64,000 bases of DNA. It comes from an uncultured Pseudohongiella sp. Its GTDB lineage: Bacteria > Pseudomonadota > Gammaproteobacteria > Pseudomonadales > Pseudohongiellaceae. The notes beneath the pieces are model-generated. The model was not told the origin of the DNA and searched no databases. It saw nothing but the letters and a program-made list of their open reading frames with translations. The stretch is from positions 1,119,977 to 1,183,976 of the forward strand of contig OZ244193.1 of assembly GCA_965216715.1 (NCBI GenBank). The letters run 5' to 3'. Positions 9,257 to 21,165 of the stretch are shown here, piece by piece (position 1 is the first letter of the stretch; the number at the start of each line of letters is the position of its first letter). Made by a program: the position numbers and the translations under genes.

Positions 9257-12100
9257 ATGCATGACAGCTTGATGGAGCAATTGTGGAGCACTGGACACCT
9301 GTCGGGATCCAATGCCACCTACGTCGAAGAATTGTACGAAAGCTTCCTCGCTGATCCGGATTCTGTCGCCGAGGAATGGCGCAATTTTTTCCAGTCCCTG
9401 CCTGCCGTCAATGGTGATAAAGGCAGTGATGTTTCCCACTCGCAAATCAGAAAACAGTTCGAAGCCCTGGGCAAGGCCAGTCGCTTTGCACCGGTGCTGA
9501 GCAACGAAGACATTGTCAATTCCGAACACGAACGGAAGCAGGTCAATGTCATGTTGCTGATCAGCTCCTACCGCGTGCGTGGCCACCAGAAAGCCAATCT
9601 GGACCCGCTGGGCATCATGCACCGCGAGCGGGTGCCTGATCTGGAACTTGAATTCCATGATCTGTCGCCGCTGGACAACAATACCCTGTTCCAGACCGGT
9701 TCTCTGTTCATCAGCAAGGAAAAAGCCACACTGAAGGAACTGGTGGAAACCCTGGAGCGCATCTACTGCAATTCAGTGGGTTACGAGTTCATGCATATCG
9801 TTAACCTGGAAGAGAAGCAGTGGATTCAGCAGCGCATCGAATCCAATGATGGTTATCCGGAATTCCCCAACGAGGTCAAACGCCACCTGTTGGAACGCCT
9901 GTCCGCCGCCGAAGGGCTGGAGAAACATCTGGACTCGAAATACCCGGGTACCAAGCGTTTCGGCCTGGAAGGGGGCGAGAGCCTGATTCCCGCCCTGGAC
10001 GAAATTGTGCAGCGTTCCGGCAAGTACGGCGCCAAGGAAATCGTATTGGGCATGGCTCACCGTGGCCGGCTCAATGTGCTGGTTAATATTCTCGGTAAAA
10101 ACCCGGCTGATCTGTTTGATGAGTTTGAGGGCAAGGCCACTTACCAGAGTTCCGGTGATGTGAAATACCACCAGGGCTTTTCCTCCAACATCATGACTGC
10201 CGGCGGTGAAATTCACATGGCGCTGGCCTTTAACCCCTCCCACCTGGAAATTGTTTCACCAGTGGTCGAGGGATCGGTACGGGCCCGACAAACCCGCCGC
10301 CTTGATCGTCAGGGTGAGCAGGTTGTGCCGGTTATCATTCACGGTGATGCGGCATTCGCGGGCCAGGGTGTGGTCATGGAAACTTTCCAGATGTCCAATA
10401 CCCGCGCCTATTCCACCGGCGGCACCGTGCATATCATCATCAATAACCAGGTTGGATTTACCACCAGCCGTCAGGATGATGCCCGCTCCACAGAATACTG
10501 TACCGATGTGGCAAAAATGGTACAGGCACCTATTTTTCATGTTAACGCCGATGATCCGGAAGCGGTGCTGTTTGTTACCCAGCTGGCCCTGGATTTCCGT
10601 TATCAGTTCAAGAAAGACGTGGTTATCGATCTGGTCTGCTACCGTCGGCGTGGCCACAATGAAACCGATGAGCCCTCGGCCACTCAGCCCCTGATGTACA
10701 AGGCCATCAAGCAGCACAAGTCGACCCGCACGCTTTATGCGGAAAAACTGGCGGCGGCAGAGATTCTGAGCAGCGAAGAAGCTGACAGCATCAACAATAA
10801 CTACCGCACCGACCTGGACAAGGGCGAGCATGTGGTCAAGAGCCTGGTCAAAGAGCCCTCGGTTGAGCTGTTCGTTGACTGGAGCCCCTACATCGGCCAC
10901 GACTGGACGCCGAATTACAACACCTCCATGCAACTGGACCACCTCAAAGCACTGGCCAGGAAAGTGGTTGATATACCCAAGGATCTGAAGATTCAGCGCC
11001 AGGTCAAGAAAATCATGGACGACCGCGCCAGCATGGCAGCAGGGGAGATCCCGGTTGACTGGGGTTTTGCCGAAACCCTGGCCTATGCCAGCATTCTGTC
11101 CACCGGCAACAAGGTACGCATTACCGGTCAGGACGTGCGTCGTGGCACCTTTTCTCACCGCCACGCCGTGGTTTATGACCAGGAAAGCAATGAAGCCTAT
11201 ATCCCTCTGCAGAAAGTGCAGAAGGACAAGTTTGACTTCACCATATATGACTCTCTGCTCTCGGAAGAAGCCGTTCTGGCTTTCGAGTACGGCTTTGCCA
11301 CCACGGCACCCAATACCCTGGTTATCTGGGAAGCCCAGTTTGGTGACTTCGCCAACTCGGCCCAGGTGGTGATCGACCAGTTTATTACCAGTGGCGAACA
11401 TAAATGGCAGCGACTCTGTGGTCTCACCATGCTCTTGCCCCATGGCTATGAAGGGCAGGGGCCGGAACACTCATCGGCGCGACTGGAACGCTTCCTGCAA
11501 TTGTGTGCTGAACACAATATCCAGGTTTGCCTGCCCACCACCTCCGCCCAGGTCTTCCACATGCTGCGCAAACAGATTCTCTGCCCCCTGCGCAAGCCTC
11601 TGGTGGTGATGTCACCCAAGAGCCTGCTGCGTCACAAGGAAACAGTGTCGTCGCTCGAGGAACTGGCGGAAGGCAGCTTCCAGGTAGTGATTGATGAAAC
11701 CGATGATATCGACAAGGAAAAGGTCGAGAAGCTGATTATCTGTTCCGGCAAGGTCTACTATGACCTGCGCACCGAGCGTCGCGCCCGCAATATCGACAAC
11801 ATCGCCATCGTCAGACTGGAGCAGTTATATCCCTTTGCCTCAGATGAAGTGGAAGCCTGTCTGCTGCAATACAAGAATGTGAAGTCCATTGTCTGGTGTC
11901 AGGAAGAACCCATGAATCAGGGAGCCTGGTACTCCAGTCAGCATCATATTCGCAGGATCATTCACGAACATTTTCCAGACATCTGGCTGGAATACGCAGG
12001 AAGGGAAGCTTCGGCGGCGGCCGCTGCGGGTTATCCGGCCCTGCATTTCAGTCAACAAGAAAAATTTATTGATGAGGCGCTGTCGCTTGAACAAAGCTGA
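9257..12100 (+). CDS. sucA: 2-oxoglutarate dehydrogenase E1 component
   Basis: 947 aa. Has a typical SucA N-terminus (SGSNATYVEELYESFL) and ThDP-binding regions. Confidence 0.97.
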   Translation: MHDSLMEQLWSTGHLSGSNATYVEELYESFLADPDSVAEEWRNFFQSLPAVNGDKGSDVSHSQIRKQFEALGKASRFAPVLSNEDIVNSEHERKQVNVMLLISSYRVRGHQKANLDPLGIMHRERVPDLELEFHDLSPLDNNTLFQTGSLFISKEKATLKELVETLERIYCNSVGYEFMHIVNLEEKQWIQQRIESNDGYPEFPNEVKRHLLERLSAAEGLEKHLDSKYPGTKRFGLEGGESLIPALDEIVQRSGKYGAKEIVLGMAHRGRLNVLVNILGKNPADLFDEFEGKATYQSSGDVKYHQGFSSNIMTAGGEIHMALAFNPSHLEIVSPVVEGSVRARQTRRLDRQGEQVVPVIIHGDAAFAGQGVVMETFQMSNTRAYSTGGTVHIIINNQVGFTTSRQDDARSTEYCTDVAKMVQAPIFHVNADDPEAVLFVTQLALDFRYQFKKDVVIDLVCYRRRGHNETDEPSATQPLMYKAIKQHKSTRTLYAEKLAAAEILSSEEADSINNNYRTDLDKGEHVVKSLVKEPSVELFVDWSPYIGHDWTPNYNTSMQLDHLKALARKVVDIPKDLKIQRQVKKIMDDRASMAAGEIPVDWGFAETLAYASILSTGNKVRITGQDVRRGTFSHRHAVVYDQESNEAYIPLQKVQKDKFDFTIYDSLLSEEAVLAFEYGFATTAPNTLVIWEAQFGDFANSAQVVIDQFITSGEHKWQRLCGLTMLLPHGYEGQGPEHSSARLERFLQLCAEHNIQVCLPTTSAQVFHMLRKQILCPLRKPLVVMSPKSLLRHKETVSSLEELAEGSFQVVIDETDDIDKEKVEKLIICSGKVYYDLRTERRARNIDNIAIVRLEQLYPFASDEVEACLLQYKNVKSIVWCQEEPMNQGAWYSSQHHIRRIIHEHFPDIWLEYAGREASAAAAAGYPALHFSQQEKFIDEALSLEQS

Positions 12101-12129
12101 TGCCTCCGGGAATTACTAGGACTTGAGCA

Positions 12130-13389
12130 ATGAGTATTGAAATTAAAGCCCCAACCCTGCCCGAATCGGTACCCGATGGCACGATTGCGACCTGGTACAA
12201 GAAAGAAGGCGAGAGCGTCAGCCGGGATGAACTGTTGGTTGATATCGAAACCGACAAGGTCGTCATCGAGGTAGTTTCTCCCACCGATGGTGTTCTCAAG
12301 GAGATCATCAAGCAGCCCGGTGACACTATCGTCAGCAATGAAGCCATTGGCAGCGTGGAAGCCGGCGCAGCAGGGGACAAGCCCGCCCAGCAGGCCGAGC
12401 AGAAACAAGCCCCTGCAGACACAGGCAGCGCTGACAGTGACAAGAATGACAGTGGCGACAGCAGCAAAGAGGCCGCTGGCGACAGTGGTTCCGACGATGA
12501 GCCGATGCTGTCTCCCGCCGCCAAGAAACTGATCGAGGAAAACAATCTCGATGCTGCCAGTATCCAGGGCAGCGGTAAAGACGGCCGCGTCACCAAGGAA
12601 GATGTGCTGAACAAACTCGAGGGCGGCCAGTCCTCGGCGCCCCAGGCCTCTGCCCAGTCCACGCCGACTGTCGATGACCGCAGCGGCCGGGTTGAAGAAC
12701 GGGTTCCCATGAGCAGACTGCGGGCCAAGGTCGCCGAACGTCTGCTGCAGGCCACCCAGACCACTGCCATGCTGACCACCTTCAATGAGGTCAATATGCA
12801 GCCAGTGATGGATATCCGTTCGCGCTACAAGGAGCAGTTCGAGAAGACCCATGACGGTGTTCGTCTGGGCTTCATGTCCTTTTTCGTGCGTGCCTGTATC
12901 GAAGCCCTGAAACGCTTCCCGGCCGTCAATGCTTCAATCGATGGCAACGATATTGTCTATCATGGTTATCAGGATATCGGCGTGGCGGTTTCTTCGCCGC
13001 GCGGCCTGGTGGTTCCGGTGCTTCGCAATGCCGACAATCTGAGCCTGGCCCAGATCGAGAAGGGTATCCGCGAATACGGCATCAAGGCCCGCGATGGCAA
13101 ACTGGCTATTGAAGAAATGACAGGTGGCACCTTCACTATTTCCAACGGCGGTGTCTTCGGTTCGCTGCTGTCAACGCCGATCCTGAATCCGCCGCAGACC
13201 GCCATTCTTGGCATGCACAAGATCCAGGAACGACCCATGGCGGTGGATGGCGAAGTGGTCGTGTTGCCCATGATGTATCTGGCGCTGTCCTATGATCACC
13301 GCATGATCGACGGCAAGGAAGCAGTGCAATTCCTGGTGACCGTGAAGGAACTCCTGGAAGATCCCACCCGCCTGCTGCTGGAAATTTAA
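12130..13389 (+). CDS. sucB: Dihydrolipoyllysine-residue succinyltransferase (E2o)
   Basis: 419 aa. Has a single lipoyl domain ([10 protein letters not shown]), an Ala/Asp/Ser-rich linker, and the catalytic SYDHRMIDG. Confidence 0.95.
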   Translation: MSIEIKAPTLPESVPDGTIATWYKKEGESVSRDELLVDIETDKVVIEVVSPTDGVLKEIIKQPGDTIVSNEAIGSVEAGAAGDKPAQQAEQKQAPADTGSADSDKNDSGDSSKEAAGDSGSDDEPMLSPAAKKLIEENNLDAASIQGSGKDGRVTKEDVLNKLEGGQSSAPQASAQSTPTVDDRSGRVEERVPMSRLRAKVAERLLQATQTTAMLTTFNEVNMQPVMDIRSRYKEQFEKTHDGVRLGFMSFFVRACIEALKRFPAVNASIDGNDIVYHGYQDIGVAVSSPRGLVVPVLRNADNLSLAQIEKGIREYGIKARDGKLAIEEMTGGTFTISNGGVFGSLLSTPILNPPQTAILGMHKIQERPMAVDGEVVVLPMMYLALSYDHRMIDGKEAVQFLVTVKELLEDPTRLLLEI

Positions 13390-13398
13390 TTACCCTGA

Positions 13399-14856
<1,458 letters not shown>

Positions 14857-14896
14857 CAGCAGCATTCTGAACTAGCATAAACAACACGGAGTTGTA

Positions 14897-16066
14897 ATGA
14901 ATTTACACGAATACCAGGCAAAGCAGCTCTTTGCCGACTATGGCCTGCCGGTGTCGAAGGGACTTGCCGTCGACACTCCGGAAGACGCGGCCAAGGCCAC
15001 CGAAACCATCGGCGGCGACAAGTGGGTGGTCAAGGCCCAGGTTCATGCGGGCGGCCGCGGCAAGGCCGGCGGTGTGCAACTGGTGGACTCTGCCGATGAG
15101 GCCAGAGACTTTGCCAGCAAGTGGCTGGGTAAGAACCTGGTTACTTACCAGACCGATGCCAATGGCCAGCCAGTCAGCAAGATTCTGGTGGAAGCCTGTA
15201 CTGATATTGCCCAGGAGTTGTACCTCGGCGCCGTGGTAGACCGTTCTACCCGCCGTGTGGTGTTCATGGCTTCGGTAGAGGGCGGGGTAGAGATTGAGAA
15301 GGTCGCCGAGGAAACTCCGGAAAAGATTCTCAAGGCCACTATCGATCCTCTCACCGGCGCCCAGCCCTATCAGGGCCGCGACCTGGCCTTCCAGCTGGGT
15401 CTGAAAGGTGAGCAGATCAAGCAATTCACCAAACTGTTTCTGGGTCTTGCCAAATTGTTCGAGGATCTGGATCTGGCCCTGCTGGAAATCAACCCTCTGG
15501 TGATCACCGACGAAGGCAATCTGCATTGCCTGGACGGCAAGATCAATATCGATGGCAATGCCCTGTATCGCCAGCCCAAATTGCAGGAAATGCATGACCC
15601 CTCGCAGGAAGATGAGCGCGAAGCCCATGCTGCCTCCTGGGATCTGAACTATGTGGCGCTGGATGGCAACATCGGCTGCATGGTAAACGGTGCCGGCCTG
15701 GCCATGGGCACCATGGATATCGTGCAGTTGTTTGGCGGCAAGCCGGCCAACTTCCTCGATGTGGGCGGCGGCGCCACCAAGGAAAGGGTTACCGAAGCCT
15801 TCAAGATCATCCTCTCCGATGAAAACGTTCAGGCAGTTCTGGTCAATATCTTCGGCGGCATTGTGCGCTGTGATCTGATTGCCGAGGGAGTTATCGGTGC
15901 GGTGGAGGAAGTAGGCGTCACCGTCCCGGTCGTGGTACGACTGGAGGGCAATAACGCCGAGCTGGGCAGGGAAGTACTGGAGAAGAGCGGTCTGAACATT
16001 ATCGCCGCCACCAGCCTTTCTGATGCAGCCGAAAAAGCAGTGACTGCAGCGGGAGGAAAAGCATGA
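14897..16066 (+). CDS. sucC: Succinate--CoA ligase (ADP-forming) beta subunit
   Basis: 389 aa. N-terminus is [12 protein letters not shown], with an ATP-grasp pattern. Confidence 0.97.
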   Translation: MNLHEYQAKQLFADYGLPVSKGLAVDTPEDAAKATETIGGDKWVVKAQVHAGGRGKAGGVQLVDSADEARDFASKWLGKNLVTYQTDANGQPVSKILVEACTDIAQELYLGAVVDRSTRRVVFMASVEGGVEIEKVAEETPEKILKATIDPLTGAQPYQGRDLAFQLGLKGEQIKQFTKLFLGLAKLFEDLDLALLEINPLVITDEGNLHCLDGKINIDGNALYRQPKLQEMHDPSQEDEREAHAASWDLNYVALDGNIGCMVNGAGLAMGTMDIVQLFGGKPANFLDVGGGATKERVTEAFKIILSDENVQAVLVNIFGGIVRCDLIAEGVIGAVEEVGVTVPVVVRLEGNNAELGREVLEKSGLNIIAATSLSDAAEKAVTAAGGKA

Positions 16067-16935
16067 GCATTCTGATTAACAAGGACACCAAGGTAATCTG
16101 TCAGGGCTTTACCGGCTCCCAGGGGACCTTTCATTCCGAACAGGCTATCGAATACGGTACCCAAATGGTGGGCGGTGTAACCCCGGGCAAGGGTGGTCAG
16201 ACCCATCTGGACCTGCCGGTCTTTAATACAGTGCGCGAAGCCTATGCCGAAACCGGCGCCGATGCCTCGGTGATTTACGTACCGGCACCGTTTTGCAAGG
16301 ACTCAATCCTGGAAGCTGTGGATGCCGGCATCAAACTGATTGTCTGTATCACTGAAGGCATTCCCACTCTGGATATGCTGGTGGCCAAGGAAAAATGCGA
16401 CCAGGCCGGTGTGCGCCTGATTGGCCCCAACTGCCCCGGTGTAATCACACCCGGCGAGTGCAAGATCGGCATCATGCCAGGCCATATCCACAAGCCCGGC
16501 AAGGTGGGCATTGTGTCCCGTTCTGGAACGCTTACTTATGAAGCGGTCAAGCAGACTACCGACTACGGTTTTGGCCAGTCTTCCTGTGTCGGTATCGGTG
16601 GCGATCCCATCCCCGGTTCCAACTTCATCGACATTCTCGGCATGTTCGAAAAAGACGAGCAGACCGAAGCCATTGTCATGATCGGTGAGATCGGCGGAAC
16701 CGCTGAAGAGGAGGCCGCGGCCTTTATCAAGGCCGAGGTAAGCAAACCGGTAACTGCCTATATTGCCGGCGTCACCGCACCTCCCGGCAAGCGCATGGGA
16801 CATGCCGGCGCCATCATTTCCGGCGGCAAGGGCACAGCCGATGAGAAATTCGCAGCCCTGAATGACGCCGGTGTCAAAACCGTTCGCAGCCTTGCCGACA
16901 TCGGTAATGGCATCAAGGAAATCACTGGCTGGTAG
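16063..16935 (+). CDS. sucD: Succinate--CoA ligase alpha subunit
   Basis: 290 aa, with a 4-nt overlap with suc[10 protein letters not shown] and the GHAGAII phosphohistidine loop are present. Confidence 0.97.
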   Translation: MSILINKDTKVICQGFTGSQGTFHSEQAIEYGTQMVGGVTPGKGGQTHLDLPVFNTVREAYAETGADASVIYVPAPFCKDSILEAVDAGIKLIVCITEGIPTLDMLVAKEKCDQAGVRLIGPNCPGVITPGECKIGIMPGHIHKPGKVGIVSRSGTLTYEAVKQTTDYGFGQSSCVGIGGDPIPGSNFIDILGMFEKDEQTEAIVMIGEIGGTAEEEAAAFIKAEVSKPVTAYIAGVTAPPGKRMGHAGAIISGGKGTADEKFAALNDAGVKTVRSLADIGNGIKEITGW

Positions 16936-16960
16936 CGCCTTGCTGCCAGTCATTCCCTCT

Positions 16961-17005
16961 CTGTTCAGGCGCCTTGTTTAGGCGCCTAAACAGCCCTTCT
17001 TTTTT
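16961..17005 (+). terminator. Intrinsic terminator after sucD
   Basis: The stem CTGTTcAGGCGCC / GGCGCCTaAACAG has a 7-nt loop and is followed by CCCTTCTTTTTT. Confidence 0.7.
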
Positions 17006-17364
17006 ACATCAATCTTCTCTCAAAAGGTTCTAAATTCTTAAGCGAGTGTGTTACGCTTAGCCGGAAATTTAGCTTAAAACGCTGAATTTAAGGGACTAAT
17101 TGAGTTGCTTTTTGGAAAAGAGAACTCAAACCTCGCAGAGGGTTACCTAGCTTCTCAAATTTTTGAAATTTGAGTAGATCGGTAACTCTTGCTTGGTGAT
17201 TATCAAGGAAGGCTGCCATTTCGGAACGACAGGACGTCATGAAGTTTCCGGGTAGCCACACTAGGGAAGGTAAACAACAAAATAGTTTTTCGTGTCTAAT
17301 TATCTATGTATCTCCGCGATCCCTGTAGTTAGACCTGATTAGTTAACAATGAATAGGATGGCAC

Positions 17365-18168
17365 ATGAAAAACCGTCGAATTACTAAGATGAGTATGTCT
17401 GCACTGGTATTACTCATATCAAGCCTTTTGGGAAATGCGCAGGCTGCTGAAATTTTAGTCGACAGCAGCATTCTCGACCAAGCCATGGACGTGGTCGCTG
17501 ACAAGTACAGCGAATCTGCTGAAGCACAGGAAGAAATCACGCGCCTGGCCAACTCTGCCAGCTCCACTTTTGAGGAGTTCAAGCGCGCCAATGACAATCT
17601 GGAATCTCTGCTGGTACTGAACGCCGGCTATCGTCGCCAGATTGCCGCCCAGGAACAGCAACTGGAAACTCTGGCTGAATCTATCGACTCGGTAGAAGAG
17701 GTGACTCGCGAGATTCCTCTGCTGATGGAAAAAATGCTCAGCGCAATCGAGCAGTTCGTCGCCATGGACTATCCCTTCCATGTAGATGAGCGTACCAACC
17801 GTTTACAGTTTGCCCGTGACGCCATCGATAACCCGGATGTTTCAATCGCGGAGAAATTCCGTCAGGTTCTGGTGGCCTACCAAACTGAGACTTCCTATGG
17901 TCGTACTTTCGAGACCTATGCCGACACCATCAACATCAATGGTTCCGACCGAGACGTCAACATTGCCCGCTTTGGCCGCATTGCCCTGATCTATCAGACC
18001 ACTGACCGTCAGGAAACCGGTGCCTGGGATAATCAGGCCCGTCAATGGGTGTCTCTGTCCCCGGGTGAGTACCGCACTGCGGTACAGACAGCGATTCGCG
18101 TCGCGTCGCAATTGGATGCACCACGTATTATTAACCTTCCCATCGCGGCACCGGAGGCAGCACAGTGA
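17365..18168 (+). CDS. DUF3450-family periplasmic protein (TtpB-like component of TonB2-type systems)
   Basis: 267 aa with a signal peptide (ALVLLISSLLGNAQA), a coiled-coil N-terminal half, and a conserved FRQVLVAYQTETSYGRT...ARFGRIAL segment. It is the first gene of the TonB2-type cluster. The start could instead be the ATG at 17389. Confidence 0.75.
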   Translation: MKNRRITKMSMSALVLLISSLLGNAQAAEILVDSSILDQAMDVVADKYSESAEAQEEITRLANSASSTFEEFKRANDNLESLLVLNAGYRRQIAAQEQQLETLAESIDSVEEVTREIPLLMEKMLSAIEQFVAMDYPFHVDERTNRLQFARDAIDNPDVSIAEKFRQVLVAYQTETSYGRTFETYADTININGSDRDVNIARFGRIALIYQTTDRQETGAWDNQARQWVSLSPGEYRTAVQTAIRVASQLDAPRIINLPIAAPEAAQ

Positions 18169-19556
18169 AACAAGTAATGAAGAAGGCCGTAGTCGCCGCC
18201 ACTACACTCTTATTTGCAGCCAGCACTCAGCTGGGTGCCCAGGAAGCCAGCTCACTGGCCAATCTGCTGGATCTGGTAGAAGCAGACCGCGTTGCCGAGT
18301 CTGACGCTTACCGTGAGCGTCTGCAGGAATTCGAACAGAACGCCAATCGCCAGCAAGAAATTCTGGATGCCACAGAAGCCCGCATTGCCGAACAGGAAGA
18401 GGTGCAATCCCAGCTCTCTGAAGAGTTCGATGCCAATGAAATCGAAATCGCCAACCAGCGCGAATTGCTGCGTGACCGTCGTGGTGACCTGAACGAGTTG
18501 TTCGGTACCCTGCAGGGCGTAGCCGGTGACTTCCTGTCCAACTTCCAGAACTCTCTGATCAGTGCCCAGTATCCGGGCCGTTCCGATGAGCTGGAAGCCA
18601 TTATCGAACGCGCCGGTTCAACTGTTGAGCAGCTGAACATTGGTGAGATGGAGCGTTTCTGGTTCTTCATGCATCAGGAACTGACCGAGTCTGGCCGCGT
18701 TGTAACCTATAACGGCGACATCGCACTGCCCACTGGCGACACCGTCAATCGTGAAATCGTTCGCGTCGGTGCTTTCAATGCCATGAGCGAAGGCGACTAC
18801 CTGAGCTACAGCGGTGACATCGGTCACCTGCAGGTTCTGCCTCGCCAGCCCGCGGCTGAATATGTACAAAGCGCCATTGCCCTGCAAAATGCCACTTCCG
18901 GTTTTACCCGTGTTGGCATTGACCCCACCGGTGGTGTGGGTGGCCAGGTACTGGCTAACCTGATCAACTTCCCGACTGTGGAAGAGCAGGTACGTAACAA
19001 CTCCGGCGTTATCGGCTTCATCATTATTGGTGTCGGTATCGTGGGTATCCTGTTGGGCTTCTTCCGCCTGCTGATGCTGACCCTGACTTCCATCAAGGTT
19101 CGTGCCCAGCTGAAGAGCGACAAGCCTGCCAAGAACAACCCGCTGGGCCGTGTACTGCTGGTAGCTGAAAACAACCCCAATGCCGATACCGAAACTCTCG
19201 AGTTGAAGCTGGGTGAAGCCATCCTGCAGGAAACGCCTTCGCTGGAATCCATGCTGACCCTGATCAAGATGATCGCCACCATCGCGCCTCTCGGCGGTCT
19301 GTTGGGTACGGTGACCGGTATGATCCAGGTGTTCCAGCAAATTACAGTTTACGGTGCGGGTGACCCGACCATCATGGCCGGCGGTATTTCCCAGGCCCTG
19401 ATGACTACCGTACTGGGTATTGTTGTAGCGATTCCGACTATCTTCATGCACACCGTAGTGAAGAGCCGCAGCGACAACATCATCCATATCCTGGAAGAAC
19501 AGGCCACCGGTATGATTGCCCAGAAGGCTGAAAAACAAGCGAGCAGCCAATCATAA
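18165..19556 (+). CDS. MotA/TolQ/ExbB proton-channel family protein with a long periplasmic N-domain (TtpC-like)
   Basis: 463 aa. The GTG at 18165 overlaps the upstream stop (GTGA); the ATG at 18177 is an alternative. It has a signal sequence, a coiled coil, and a C-terminal ExbB-type TM bundle (LGGLLGTVTGMIQVF...GGISQALMTTVLG). Confidence 0.8.
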   Translation: MKQVMKKAVVAATTLLFAASTQLGAQEASSLANLLDLVEADRVAESDAYRERLQEFEQNANRQQEILDATEARIAEQEEVQSQLSEEFDANEIEIANQRELLRDRRGDLNELFGTLQGVAGDFLSNFQNSLISAQYPGRSDELEAIIERAGSTVEQLNIGEMERFWFFMHQELTESGRVVTYNGDIALPTGDTVNREIVRVGAFNAMSEGDYLSYSGDIGHLQVLPRQPAAEYVQSAIALQNATSGFTRVGIDPTGGVGGQVLANLINFPTVEEQVRNNSGVIGFIIIGVGIVGILLGFFRLLMLTLTSIKVRAQLKSDKPAKNNPLGRVLLVAENNPNADTETLELKLGEAILQETPSLESMLTLIKMIATIAPLGGLLGTVTGMIQVFQQITVYGAGDPTIMAGGISQALMTTVLGIVVAIPTIFMHTVVKSRSDNIIHILEEQATGMIAQKAEKQASSQS

Positions 19557-19576
19557 AAACTGAGAAGGCATAAGCT

Positions 19577-20107
19577 ATGTATTTTACAGTTCTGGATATA
19601 TTGGATGCCGTTAACACTTTTATGACCCGGGGTGGGCCAGTGCTATGGATCATAGCCTGGCTCCTCCTGATCAAGTGGTCACTGGTGTTTGAACGCATCT
19701 GGTATCTCAATACCACACACAAGAAAAACGTTAAAAATACCCTGGCCGAATGGAATGCCCGTTCTGATCGATCATCCTGGAGCGCGCATCAGATTCGCAC
19801 CATGATGATCTCCAAGATCTCCCTGGACGTGCGTAACACCATGCCCATCATTGAGGTACTGGTCACCATCTGTCCGCTGTTGGGACTGATCGGTACCGTA
19901 ACCGGCATGATCGAAGTGTTCTTCGTCATGGCAGTCAGTGGTGGCGGTGACGCCAAATCCATGGCAGGCGGTGTATCCAAAGCCACGATTCCGACTATGG
20001 CCGGAATGGTAGGGGCAATTTCCGGAATTTTCGCCTTCAATTATCTGAAGTCCAAAATCGACCGAGACATGGAATTGCTGGAAGACCATTTGCCGCTGCA
20101 ACACTAA
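19577..20107 (+). CDS. exbB: ExbB/TolQ-family proton channel
   Basis: 176 aa. The LLGLIGTVTGMIEVF and GGVSKATIPTMAGM motifs are present. Confidence 0.85.
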   Translation: MYFTVLDILDAVNTFMTRGGPVLWIIAWLLLIKWSLVFERIWYLNTTHKKNVKNTLAEWNARSDRSSWSAHQIRTMMISKISLDVRNTMPIIEVLVTICPLLGLIGTVTGMIEVFFVMAVSGGGDAKSMAGGVSKATIPTMAGMVGAISGIFAFNYLKSKIDRDMELLEDHLPLQH

Positions 20108-20138
20108 GCAGTCGGGTATAAAAGCAAAGGCTTAATTC

Positions 20139-20546
20139 ATGAAATCAGGATTAATGAAAAAGAAGGAGCAGGAAGAAGCGGGTGAGATCGATCTCACCCC
20201 CATGCTGGACGTGGTATTCATCCTGCTGATCTTCTTTATTGTAACTTCGGTGTTTGTCACCGAAGCCGGAATTGAAGTCGCCAAACCGGAAGCATCGACT
20301 GCCGATGACACCAGTGGTGACCTGATTCTGATCGCCGTCGGCGAAGCCGGCGACATCTGGATCGATGGTGAACAGATCGATCCTCGATTTATCCGTTCGC
20401 GCTTTGAGTTGCGCCTGGCCGATGCACCGAATTCCTCGGTCATCATTCAGGCAGACCAGAACGCGAATAATGAACAGGTGATGTTGATTCTCGAGGCAGC
20501 GCGAGAAGCCAATATTGCGGACGTATCAATTTCAGCGGAGGCATAA
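20139..20546 (+). CDS. exbD: ExbD/TolR-family biopolymer transport protein
   Basis: 135 aa. EIDLTPMLDVVFILLIFFIV contains the conserved Asp-containing TM helix. Confidence 0.9.
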   Translation: MKSGLMKKKEQEEAGEIDLTPMLDVVFILLIFFIVTSVFVTEAGIEVAKPEASTADDTSGDLILIAVGEAGDIWIDGEQIDPRFIRSRFELRLADAPNSSVIIQADQNANNEQVMLILEAAREANIADVSISAEA

Positions 20547-20548
20547 CG

Positions 20549-21163
20549 ATGATCTTTGTAAGATGGGTTGTATCCATGGCAATGGCCGCCGGTATCACGC
20601 TGGGCCTGTTCTACTTCATGCAGTTTCTGATCGCCACAGGTGAGCGTTTTGACGAGCGCGTGAACGTCGTCAAGATTGTTGACGCCACGATGCCTGAGAT
20701 CGAAATGGAAGTGATCGAGGAAATCGACAAGCCGGAAATCATCGAAGAGGTACCGGAACAGCAACTGGACACACCGGAAAAGCAGATCAATCTGGATGGT
20801 GGTCCGGCATTGAATATTGAGCGTGCCTCGGTCGAAGTCGATACCGGCCTCGACATGAGCAGCGCCTCCATCTCTGCCACCGATGGTGACTATCTGCCTC
20901 TGGTAGCGATCGCACCCCAGTATCCGACCAGGGCTGCCCAGCGCGGCATTCAGGGCTGGTGTCTGGTGTCCTTTACCGTGGACGGTCAGGGCAATGTGAT
21001 TGAAGACACTATCGAGGTTGTGGACGCCGAGCCGGCCAATATCTTTGACCGCTCTTCCATCCGCGCTGCGGCCCGCTTCAAGTTTCAACCACGCGTACAA
21101 GACGGAGTAGGGGTTGAAGTACCTGGAGTGCAATACCTGTTCCGTTACCAGCTCGAGGAGTAA
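20549..21163 (+). CDS. tonB: Energy transducer TonB (short TonB2-type)
   Basis: 204 aa. It has an N-terminal TM anchor, an acidic linker, and a C-terminal TonB domain (PQYPTRAAQRGIQGWCLVSFTVDGQGNV...FKFQPR). Confidence 0.85.
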   Translation: MIFVRWVVSMAMAAGITLGLFYFMQFLIATGERFDERVNVVKIVDATMPEIEMEVIEEIDKPEIIEEVPEQQLDTPEKQINLDGGPALNIERASVEVDTGLDMSSASISATDGDYLPLVAIAPQYPTRAAQRGIQGWCLVSFTVDGQGNVIEDTIEVVDAEPANIFDRSSIRAAARFKFQPRVQDGVGVEVPGVQYLFRYQLEE

Positions 21164-21165
21164 GA

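Noticed and set aside
17006-17364. Fur box or cobalamin riboswitch in front of the TonB2-type cluster
   Set aside because: Only isolated ATTATC-like half-sites are present (for example TGATTATCA at about 17197 and TAATTATC at about 17298). No 19-bp Fur consensus or B12-box could be aligned.
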